Shown: positions 28,101 through 35,688 of the stretch, piece after piece
Layout: every line of letters starts with the position of its first letter
Position numbering within the stretch: the stretch's first letter is position 1
Origin: an uncultured Planctomycetota bacterium
GTDB lineage: Bacteria; Planctomycetota; PUPC01
Direction: 5' to 3'
Length of the DNA stretch: 38,519 nucleotides
Assembly: GCA_964490295.1 (NCBI GenBank)
Contig: CAZBCO010000195.1
Location: forward strand, 1-38,519
Notes under the pieces: generated by a model
Seen by the model: the letters and a program-made list of their open reading frames with translations, nothing else
What the model was told of the DNA's origin: nothing
The model's database searches: none
Translations under genes and position numbers: made by a program

Positions 28101-29783
28101 GCCAAGGCCGAGGCGGCCAAAACGGCCATCGTCGCCGCCGCCAAGGCCGTTCCGGAGGCGTCGTTCGAACAGGTTGCCCAGGACTCCCCGCTGCACGCCG
28201 GCGTCACCCCGATGCTCCGTCCCTCGGACAACGCCATTGATTTTATCGGCTACGCCCCGACTCTGGTGCAGAAGATTCTCGCCGCCAAGCCGGGCGAGCT
28301 GAGCGAGCCGGTGGAGGTGGATGACGGCTGGGTTCTCTTCCGCGTCACGGAACGCGTCGAGAGCACCACGCCGCCCGTCGAGGTCGCGCTGCCCGCCGCC
28401 CGCGACCGGGTCCGCAAGCAGCGGCTCGAAGCCCAGGCCAAAGCCGGGCTGGAAGCGATCCGTGCGGCGTTGGCGAAGGACGCCCAGGCCGGCATCGCGG
28501 ACTTGGTGAAACGCCCCGCCCTGATGGCGGCGTTGCCCTTCGGCCCCCGCGTCGAGACCACGCAATTCTTTGACCAGGACCGCGCCCTGAACATCCCGCA
28601 GATGACCAGCGCCCTGCGCACCGAGGTGTTCGCCACAAAAGCCGGCGAGACCACCCCGGTGATTGTCGGCGAGGACCTGGTTCAGTTCGCTCGCGTGATC
28701 GAAGCCAAAAAGAACCGACTGGTCCGCGTTCACGCGGTGCTGGTCGGCGCCGACCTCTTCTCCGGTAAGGAACAGGTCAGCGAGGCCGACGCCCAAGCCC
28801 ACTACGCGGCCCATCAAGACCGCTATCGGCAGCCCGTCCGTTATGAAACCGAGTATGTGATCGCCAGCGCCTGGGCGCTGGAAAACGAGATGAAGCCCTC
28901 CGAGGAGGAGATCGAGGCGGCCTATCAACAGCTCAAGCAGAGCTTCGCCAAAACGGACGGGGCCGAGACCACGTATAAACCCCTCAGTGAGGTCCGAAGC
29001 CAGGTGCTCGCGGCCCTGCGAACCCACCAGGCCAATGCCAGGGCCGAGGAGCTGGCCCGCAAGGCCCGCGAGCTGTTGACCCAGGGCAAGACCCTGAAGG
29101 AGGTCGCGGATGAGCTGACGGGCCTCCAGTATGTGGACCAAGAGACCTACCAGCCGGGCGACGAGAACGCCCCGTGGGATTTCCGCCGCGTGGCCGGGCT
29201 GGACGCCTTCCTGGAATCGGCCAAGGCCGGCGACTTCAGCCCCGTGCTGCGCTCGTACTCCGGGCGGCTGATCGTGCGGCTCAAACAGGTGCATCCTGCG
29301 GGCGTGCCCGAATTCCAGAAGATCGCCGAAGAGGTAAAGGACGACGTGGCCACGCAACGCGGCCTGGCCGAGGCCCGCAAGATGATTGAGACGGTGGTGT
29401 CCCGGATCGCCAATCCCGAATCCCCCAGCGTCGAGGCCTTGCGTCAGGCGGCAGAGCAATTCACCGTCACCCAGCGGGTGAAAGAGCGGCTGCGCCCGAT
29501 GGACATCCCCTACCACAAGCGCAGCGAGCCGCAGAACTTCTCGCGGGCGATAACGCCCCGGTTGTTTACGCTGCTGCCCGGGCAGGTGTCCGAGCCGCCG
29601 ATTCTCGACGGCGAGAAGAGCCAGGAGTGCTATCTGGCCGCGCTGGTCGGCCGTCGCCAGGGCGAATCGCCCTACGCGGAGTGGATGGTTCGCCAGTTCG
29701 GCATGGTGGCCGCTCGTCAACGTGTGGCCAAGCTGATCGACAGCATCTGGGCGGATTTCCGGGCGACGCCCGCGCAGCAATAG
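25191..29783 (+). CDS. Giant (1530 aa) membrane-anchored protein made of repeated PpiD/SurA-N/parvulin-like chaperone modules
   Basis: One N-terminal hydrophobic helix (KLLLVVLAAFLMVVFLI). At least 7 helix signatures of the A-[YW]-Y-x-x-H/N type and at least 7 'G-E/Q/D-x-S-x-P-V + hydrophobic strand' signatures, typical of PpiD/SurA/PrsA. Protein-like composition, unlike the Arg/Gly/Ala-rich antisense ORFs. Confidence 0.75.
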   Translation: MLRLMNQMTEKHGKLLLVVLAAFLMVVFLIPDQFSAPPEPSLGTLYGDTIHEASVQAMNTRWRRMGLRPIGRDHEDTVRNMYDSYLLLLAARRHGVRVGPKVIEEALRHEPAQTQRIEYVLADPEALAGQIEPSDAELRAWYDKHRADQTDSFEDARASVLQEVRQERGREMARRKIQEAQARIAAAPLQGHEQRRAFRAAAETTGLTYEQTERPFTEKYAAQALPDLALSFVSTSSNQPGDHGLPPEFKKALFNIPVGQPSEVMRSGDKLFVFRVVEATAGFNAEGKLALRDLGWSIDRFAVIRQYANYEALFRDKIRLEPSEAALAVNEHMTVQKYLRLVCGGSAQATLVTEDMLEQLLAYENEEVSAVAARIPIAPFQKAETPDEAQLIAYYNSRRRVPQHPDVPNFGYLRMETIQIEYVLAPQKRFEEQARSSISDEQIRAYYERHKDTKFARADDQGVKAFAEVRSEIVRDLRQAAASTAAREVLADLMRRAQTSAGAVRPLKPLADKLGLEYRVSPFFAQHEIKSMVPELADAETFAEQAFSKGLRPYTTPLPEGGEIKIHPFSPVLESQGAQFIFRLRAYRDRQAPEYSELDEAARQQVVRDYRQVQAVQRALEAARSIRAEIMSETLAAIAAENGLEVHRAVIKAAPDAEAPSPVPPTLREHVVREMKAVPGETAVLFKDADACYSVVVTAIGKAIDETHIAYLRFDPKAMLSSVEPDPSEVAERAQDIREKLNAESSGDSETPETKPSEPTAEDLAQARAALVAERRALPIEARYPDYFQQRLVQAFRSHIASTPLEFDQEVRLDVASPDFFHIDDTAPLGGDAALIRAAFGLQRGELSGPVTGDHSAAVMWLEADTTRDEVKVEMISVRPSQYDPLNVKVSDKDARAYYEAHTAEFATPPRARAEYLFASFRKVAAAFEAEISEEAIATYYEANRAEAYANRPLDDTLKGTIRSLLALNRAKAEAAKTAIVAAAKAVPEASFEQVAQDSPLHAGVTPMLRPSDNAIDFIGYAPTLVQKILAAKPGELSEPVEVDDGWVLFRVTERVESTTPPVEVALPAARDRVRKQRLEAQAKAGLEAIRAALAKDAQAGIADLVKRPALMAALPFGPRVETTQFFDQDRALNIPQMTSALRTEVFATKAGETTPVIVGEDLVQFARVIEAKKNRLVRVHAVLVGADLFSGKEQVSEADAQAHYAAHQDRYRQPVRYETEYVIASAWALENEMKPSEEEIEAAYQQLKQSFAKTDGAETTYKPLSEVRSQVLAALRTHQANARAEELARKARELLTQGKTLKEVADELTGLQYVDQETYQPGDENAPWDFRRVAGLDAFLESAKAGDFSPVLRSYSGRLIVRLKQVHPAGVPEFQKIAEEVKDDVATQRGLAEARKMIETVVSRIANPESPSVEALRQAAEQFTVTQRVKERLRPMDIPYHKRSEPQNFSRAITPRLFTLLPGQVSEPPILDGEKSQECYLAALVGRRQGESPYAEWMVRQFGMVAARQRVAKLIDSIWADFRATPAQQ

Positions 29784-29804
29784 GCCCGCCGGAGCGACCA
29801 AGCC

Positions 29805-32613
29805 GTGGCGGAAGACAAATACATCCTGGTCACCGGCGCCCGCGAACATAACCTCAAGAACGTCCACGTGCGCATTCCGCGCGATCAACTGGTGGTCATC
29901 ACCGGCATCAGCGGGTCGGGCAAGTCCTCCCTGGCGTTCGACACGCTCTTTGCCGAGGGCCAGCGCCGCTACGTCGAGAGCCTGTCGGCCTCCGCCCGCC
30001 AATTTCTCGAACAGATGGAGAAGCCGGACGTAGATTCGGTGGAGGGGCTTCCGCCCACCATCTCCATCGAACAGCGCCAGGCCGGCTCGACGCCCCGTTC
30101 GACGGTCGCCACCACCACCGAGATTTACGACTATCTCCGCCTCCTCTTCGCCCGCGTCGGCGAGCCGACCTGCCACCTGTGCGGGAAGCCGATTACTCGC
30201 CAGACCGCTCAGCAGATCGCCGACGCCGTTCGGGAGCTGGAGGCCGGGGCTCGGGTGATGATCCTGGCCCCCCTGGTGCGCGGGCGCAAGGGCGAATACC
30301 GCGAGGTGTTCGACCGCGTGAAGCGCGAGGGCTATGTCCGCGCCCGCGTGGACGGCAAGCTGGTCGAGGTCGATGAGCCGCCGAAGCTGAACAAGAAGCT
30401 GACACACACCATCGAGGTCGTCGTGGACCGCCTGGTGATGAAGGCGGACCTGGGCGCGCGGCTGCAAGACTCCGTCGAGACCGCCCTGGGCCTGGGCGCG
30501 GGGCTGGTCACCGTGGCCAGAGAACAAAAAGACGGCACCTGGGCGGACACGGTTTACAGCGAGCTGTACGCCTGCCCGGACTGCGGCACCGGGCTGGAAG
30601 AGCTGACCCCGCGGATGTTCTCCTTCAACAGCCCTTACGGGGCGTGCCCGGTCTGTTCGGGGCTGGGCGTTCGGCTGGAGATCGACCCGGAGCTGGTGGT
30701 GCCCGACCCGCGCCGCTCGCTGGCCGATGGGGCGGTGGAGGCGTTCAAGCCGGGGCCGGGCATGCCGGTCTGGTTCGCCGCCCGGCTGCGCCGCGCCGCG
30801 GCCGAGTTCGGCATCTCGCGCCAGAAGCCCTTTGGCGAGCTCCACGCCCAGAAGCGGCGGCTGTTGCTCCACGGGTCGACGCCCGCGGCCGAGAACAAAT
30901 ACGGGGCCTGCTACGATGGGGTCATTCCCATTCTCCAGCACCGGTTCGACCATTCCGAGAGCGACGGCGTTAAACAACGGATTATGCAGTACATGAGCGA
31001 ATTGCCGTGTACCGCCTGCCACGGGGCGCGGCTGCGGCCGGAGTCGTTGGCGGTAAAGGTCCGCGGCCAGTCGATCAGCGAGTGGTGCTCGCTCTCGGTG
31101 GGCGAGGCCAGCCGGGCCTTTGAGGCGCTGACCTTCAATCGCGAGCAGGCGGTCATCGCCCGCCAGGTGCTCAAGGAAATCCGCGAGCGGCTGCGCTTCC
31201 TGGTGGATGTCGGCCTCAGCTATCTGACCCTCGACCGAGCCAGCGGGACGCTGGCGGGCGGCGAGGCCCAGCGCATCCGGCTGGCCACGCAGGTCGGTTC
31301 CGGCCTGGTCGGCGTGTGCTACGTGCTCGACGAGCCTAGCATCGGCCTGCATCAGCGCGACAACCAGAAGCTGCTCAAGACGCTCCGGCGGCTCCAGGGG
31401 CTGGGCAACTCGGTGATCGTGGTAACACGACGAGGAGACCATCCGGCTGTCGGACCACGTCATCGACCTCGGCCCCGGAGCGGGCGAGCACGGCGGCGAG
31501 ATCGTCGCCCAGGGCACCGCCGAGGAGATTCAGGCCGTGCCACGCTCCGTCACCGGGCAATACCTCTCCGGGGCGAAGACCATCGCCGTGCCCAAGCCGC
31601 GCCGCCAGGTAAACCCTAAGCGGGCCATCGTGGTGCGCAAGGCCACGCTCAACAACCTGAAGCAGGTCACCGCGACGTTCCCGCTGGGCGCCTTGATCTG
31701 CGTGACCGGGGTGTCGGGTTCGGGCAAGAGCTCGCTGGTCACCGAGACTCTGTACAAGGCCGCGGCCCATGAGTTGAATCGCACCAAGGACCGTGGCGGG
31801 CCGCACGAGGGCATCGACGGGCTGGAGCAAATCGACAAGGTGATCGAGATTGATCAATCGCCCATCGGGCGGACGCCGCGCTCCAACCCGGCAACCTATA
31901 CCGGGGCCTTCACCGAAATCCGCTCGCTCTTCGCAATGACCAAGGAGGCCAAGATCCGCGGCTACAAACCCGGACGCTTCAGTTTCAACGTCAAGGGCGG
32001 GCGCTGCGAGGCCTGTGAGGGGCAGGGCACCAAACGGATCGAAATGCACTTCCTGCCGGATATTTTTGTGAAGTGCGAAACCTGCGGCGGCCTGCGGTAC
32101 AACCGCGAAACCCTCGAAATCCGCTACAAGGGCAAGAACATCGCTGAGGTGCTCCACATGACCATCGAAGAGGCGGTGAGCTTCTTCGAGAACTTCCCCA
32201 AGCTCCAACGCGTCCTTCAAACCCTGGCCGACGTGGGGATGGACTACATCCGCCTGGGCCAGTCCAGCACCACCCTCAGCGGCGGCGAGGCCCAGCGGGT
32301 GAAGCTCTCCTCCGAGCTGGGCAAGCGAGCCACCGGCCGTACGCTCTATATGCTCGATGAGCCGACCACCGGCCTGCATTTCGCGGACATCAGCAAGTTG
32401 CTTGGCGTACTCAACCGCCTGGTGGATCGCGGCAATACCGTGCTGGTGATCGAACATAATCTGGACGTGATCAAATGCGCCGACTGGGTGATTGACCTCG
32501 GGCCGGAGGGTGGCGACGCCGGTGGACAGATAGTGGCGACCGGCACACCTGAAGACCTCACCGCTATCAAGGCCTCATATACCGGTCAGTTTCTGGCCGA
32601 AATCCTCAAATAA
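29805..32613 (+). pseudogene. uvrA: Excinuclease ABC subunit A, reading frame broken by a 2-nt deletion near 31423-31425
   Basis: Fragment 1 (29805 onward): [31 protein letters not shown]-type TLAGGEAQRIRLATQ, YVLDEPSIGLHQRD, then GNSVIVV. UvrA sequence then continues in the +1 frame from 31426: [31 protein letters not shown]...SVTGQYLSG...[12 protein letters not shown]...[11 protein letters not shown]...[11 protein letters not shown]...VIEHNLDVI. In-frame TAA in the second frame at 31423-31425. Confidence 0.9.
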
Positions 32614-32670
32614 TCTCGCTTTTTGACTGGCTTGGGCGCCCGGCTATTCCGACCGTTACTGTAGATTATT

Positions 32671-32974
32671 TGTGGGTAATATCACCTTTTACCACAAACG
32701 GCCCACCGATACCCCACTTAATATCTACAAGTTATCCACAATGACACTGTGGATAACTTGTGGGTTTGTGGTGGGCCGTCTTGGGAATGCCTTGGGGGTT
32801 TCTTGGGGATATCTTTTGATAAGTCATTGTCCGTTTCCGCCCCTGTGGACTATCGCGAGTTGCCAACAAGTATCCCCAACTTATCCACAGGTACTCCCAT
32901 CGGCGCTTGCAATTCCAATGCCTTGTCAATAAGAGAGTTACGTCTTCAAATGCTGTGTTTTCAACAAATCCACA
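32671..32974. promoter_or_regulatory. Cluster of DnaA boxes (oriC-, datA- or DARS-like DnaA-binding locus)
   Basis: Perfect TTATCCACA at 32732-32740 (+), 32748-32756 (as TGTGGATAA) and 32881-32889 (+). One mismatch at 32671-32679 (TGTGGGTAA). Two mismatches at 32844-32852 (TGTGGACTA) and 32966-32974 (AAATCCACA). Sits in a low-GC spacer between the convergent genes uvrA and the PP2C gene. Confidence 0.7.
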
Positions 32975-33015
32975 GTCTATTGTATTATGATGATTAGTTT
33001 TATATAGAGAGAATA
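32975..33015. other. AT-rich tract adjoining the DnaA-box cluster (possible unwinding element)
   Basis: gtctattgtattatgatgattagttttatatagagagaatac. This is by far the most AT-rich stretch in the window and lies directly next to the last DnaA-like box. Confidence 0.4.
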
Positions 33016-34293
33016 CTAATCAAGAATATCGAGGATGATCAACGACATATCGTCGCTGACTTCCGTCTGTCCTGCCTGGCGGGCTGTAGAAAGTATGGTG
33101 CTCGCCAATTGATCGGCTTTGACCCCGTGGTTGCTGGTGATAATGCGGCAAAGTCCTTTGGAGCCGATCATTTCTCCCCGGACATCCTGAGCCTCGATGA
33201 TACCATCCGTGTAGAACACCACCCGGTCGCCGCGTTGGATCGGGACGGTGTCCTGGCCGAAACCCACCACGCAGTCTTCATCGGCCCCCAGAATGATGTT
33301 TTGGGATTTCAATTCGATGCAATTCTGTTGTCGACCTCTCTGTAAGAAGGGGGGCGGGTGGCCCGCTCCGGAGTAGGTGAGGGTGCCTTCCCGCACATCG
33401 ATGAGCGCCGCAAAGAAGCTGAGCAGGATGCCGATGGGTTGGAATTCCTGGCAGAAGAGTCGGTTCAGCTTTTTGACCACGTCCAGCGGTTCCGTGCCGT
33501 AGGCAAAGGTGGTATCGGTGTGTCGTTTGAGCATTGGCCGAACCTGGGAGTTGACCACTTCGGCCACCAGGGCCGATGCCACCCCGTGCCCGGTGACATC
33601 GCAAATGGTGATGAACAGGCTCTCCTCCGAGAGCGGGAAGATGCCGGCGTGGTCGCCGCCGACGCCGGTGATCGGGACGTAGCGGACCTCGGCGTGGAAG
33701 TGTTTGGCGTCGTAATTTTTGGGGATGGACTTGCGTTGCACGACCTCGGCGAGGGCTAGGTCGCGCTGCATCATCTGTTGGCGTCTTTCGAGCCGTTGGT
33801 TGACCTCGCTCAGGTGACGGCGGCTCTCGTGAACGTAGGCTTCCGCCTGGGCGGACATCGAGCAGTCGAAGGCCCGCAGGGCGGCTCGCGTGACCGCCGG
33901 GACGTGTTCTTTGGAGAGCTGCTCCCGTTGACAGGCCCGCCAGATCAACTCGAGCACGCCGTCTCGAATAATACTGAGGTAGGCGTTGGCATCGGCCACA
34001 CTGAGTCCGGCGGCAAAATTGATGCCGCCAACCTCCACGTGCCATTCGGCCGCGGGGCCGCAGCTCTTCATGCACATTCCGTAGAGCGAGATCGCCTGCT
34101 GGAGCCATTCATCCGATTCGGCGATACGAAATTGGCGGACCACATTAGCCAGTTGCGTCCGGGCCAACATGCGCTCGCGACAATAGGAGACCAGCGTCGG
34201 AAGGTTGTTCTGTATCAAACGGAGCACCGTGTCCGTGGCTTGGATTTCGTGGTTCATATCATCGGCATAAATATCGGTGGGCTTCGCAGGCAT
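33016..34293 (-). CDS. SpoIIE/PP2C-family serine phosphatase (RsbU-like) with ~190-aa unassigned N-terminal sensor-like domain
   Basis: C-terminal half: LALAEVVQRKSIP...HAEVRYVPITGVGGDHAGIF, ITICDVTGHGVASAL, YSGAGHPPPF, VVFYTDGIIEA, SDDMSLIILD (PP2C metal-binding Asp motifs). The N-terminal helical domain was not recognised with confidence. Confidence 0.85.
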   Translation of the reverse strand: MPAKPTDIYADDMNHEIQATDTVLRLIQNNLPTLVSYCRERMLARTQLANVVRQFRIAESDEWLQQAISLYGMCMKSCGPAAEWHVEVGGINFAAGLSVADANAYLSIIRDGVLELIWRACQREQLSKEHVPAVTRAALRAFDCSMSAQAEAYVHESRRHLSEVNQRLERRQQMMQRDLALAEVVQRKSIPKNYDAKHFHAEVRYVPITGVGGDHAGIFPLSEESLFITICDVTGHGVASALVAEVVNSQVRPMLKRHTDTTFAYGTEPLDVVKKLNRLFCQEFQPIGILLSFFAALIDVREGTLTYSGAGHPPPFLQRGRQQNCIELKSQNIILGADEDCVVGFGQDTVPIQRGDRVVFYTDGIIEAQDVRGEMIGSKGLCRIITSNHGVKADQLASTILSTARQAGQTEVSDDMSLIILDILD

Positions 34294-34296
34294 GGA

Positions 34297-35235
34297 CTAT
34301 AGCTTTCCGCTCCAGCTTTCAATGAGCCATTGCTTCTCTGAGGTCTTGACCAACTGAAACGCGATTTCCGGAACTTCCCTGGCCCATCCGGCGGGCGAGG
34401 TGAGCAGCAGCTTGCATCGGGCTGTGGCTTGACTCTTTTCCGGCTTTCCAGAGTCAAATCGTACCTCCACCGCCGAGATGGTGTGCAGGGAGCAGGGTTT
34501 GGAGCGTAACGCGGCCATCCCCTGCTTTTTGATGTCTTGGGCCAGGGCGCTTTCCGGGGCGATCAGGTCGAGAATCGTCTTGGCATCGTCACGGTTGAAC
34601 GCGACGATGAACTCGCGTATCAGGCTCTGAATGGCTTCGTCTCCCCTTTGTGCGGCGGCATATTCACGGGCCATAGCCTCCAGGGGTTTGAAGAGATCGG
34701 TGATCACCGCGAGGGCTTCCGGGTCCTGGCCCTTCTCGTGTCGCAACTGCAATTCGGTTTTCCATTTTTCGAGCTGGCTCAAGGTCTTGTCGGCACCTTG
34801 GGAGGGGACCGACGACTCGACATAGGCGACCAGCAGCATTTTGAGGATGGACATCGCCTCACGGGGTATTTCGCCGGTGTTGGCGGTCAACAGGTTCACG
34901 ATCCCCGTGCTTCCGGTCTGGCTGGCTCGGACATGATTCTCGGTCATCTGATAGGCCAGAGCTTTCACGTAGTAAGCACGCCAAACATATTGGGGCTCAT
35001 CACAACGCAGAATCACGAAGTCGGCGATACGGATCGCTCGCTCGTAATGGGCCGCTCGCTCGACGTACAACAGGCTCCGGGCATCGGCCAGCATGCGATG
35101 GGCTTCCAACCCGGTAATAACCTCGTCTTCGGTCGTTTTGACGGAACGTCGCCCCCACCAGAGTCCGCAACCGGAGAGGGTTATGGCCGCGAGGCAGAGC
35201 GTCGCAAGGGCCATGGGAAAATCGGGTTTTCGCAT
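34297..35235 (-). CDS. Lipoprotein of unknown function (helical N-terminal part, possible NTF2-like C-terminal domain)
   Basis: Signal peptide with lipobox MALATLCLAAITLSG|C. Stop lies 3 nt before the PP2C start. The C-terminal fold assignment (SLIREFIVAFNRDDAKTILDLI...WLIESWSGKL) is a guess. Confidence 0.7.
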   Translation of the reverse strand: MRKPDFPMALATLCLAAITLSGCGLWWGRRSVKTTEDEVITGLEAHRMLADARSLLYVERAAHYERAIRIADFVILRCDEPQYVWRAYYVKALAYQMTENHVRASQTGSTGIVNLLTANTGEIPREAMSILKMLLVAYVESSVPSQGADKTLSQLEKWKTELQLRHEKGQDPEALAVITDLFKPLEAMAREYAAAQRGDEAIQSLIREFIVAFNRDDAKTILDLIAPESALAQDIKKQGMAALRSKPCSLHTISAVEVRFDSGKPEKSQATARCKLLLTSPAGWAREVPEIAFQLVKTSEKQWLIESWSGKL

Positions 35236-35241
35236 CAGGAC

Positions 35242-35688
35242 TTACTCCTCCCGGTTCTGCCCGGCGCGCGGCCCGCCGGAGCACAGGTACCAGGCCAAAT
35301 ACACCCCGAAGCCATATCGTAGCACCTTCAGCCATCCACCCCAACGAAATAATTCCAGCCAACGCATCGGGACCCACACGATATCCGTCAGGTATAACGT
35401 ATCGGCCATCAGCAGCGAGACGTCACTGGCCAGCATGGCCATCAGCGCGGCCCCGGATCCGATCAGGCCCTCGCGCCGGGAGCGTTGACGCGAGAACAGC
35501 ACCACGCCCAGGGCGGCGCAAAAGGCGGCGAGCGGCTCGTAGGCGATGATTCGCCACGTGGTGTATCGCTGAACCAGCGAGAGCACGGCGATCACGAAGA
35601 CGCCCAGGGCTGCACCCGCAGCGGCCCCTGCAAGGCATACGTTCCGCTCGGATGTCGCGCGACCGGTGACGAGGGGGTTATCGCTCAA
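35242..35688 (-). CDS. Small integral membrane protein (3-4 predicted TM helices), unknown function
   Basis: Hydrophobic runs VCLAGAAAGAALGVFVIAVLSLV, PLAAFCAALGVVLF, LIGSGAALMAMLASDVSLLMA, YGFGVYLAWYL. Its start overlaps the upstream gene's end by 11 nt. Confidence 0.65.
   Translation of the reverse strand: MSDNPLVTGRATSERNVCLAGAAAGAALGVFVIAVLSLVQRYTTWRIIAYEPLAAFCAALGVVLFSRQRSRREGLIGSGAALMAMLASDVSLLMADTLYLTDIVWVPMRWLELFRWGGWLKVLRYGFGVYLAWYLCSGGPRAGQNREE

Noticed and set aside
24864-31517. 755-aa and 1448-aa minus-strand ORFs opposite pheS, the giant PpiD-like gene and uvrA
   Set aside because: They overlap pheS and uvrA, whose identity is certain. Their sequences are Arg/Gly/Ala/Leu/His-rich, unlike the balanced, motif-bearing plus-strand product, so the plus-strand 1530-aa ORF is the real gene.
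31537-32613. 358-aa ORF as an independent gene starting at GTG 31537
   Set aside because: UvrA homology in this frame already begins at 31426, directly abutting the first fragment. It is the C-terminal part of a frameshifted uvrA, not a separate gene.
32623-32650. TTGACT ... TATTCC promoter-like pair just after uvrA
   Set aside because: The -10 is poor (no terminal T, 3/6 match) and there is no downstream gene in that orientation.
32672-32997. Three small ORFs (86, 65 and 82 aa) in the uvrA-PP2C spacer
   Set aside because: They lie in the low-GC non-coding spacer, overlap each other on both strands and have no SD. Their odd composition (W/C/G-rich) is generated by the TGTGG/CCACA DnaA-box repeats themselves.
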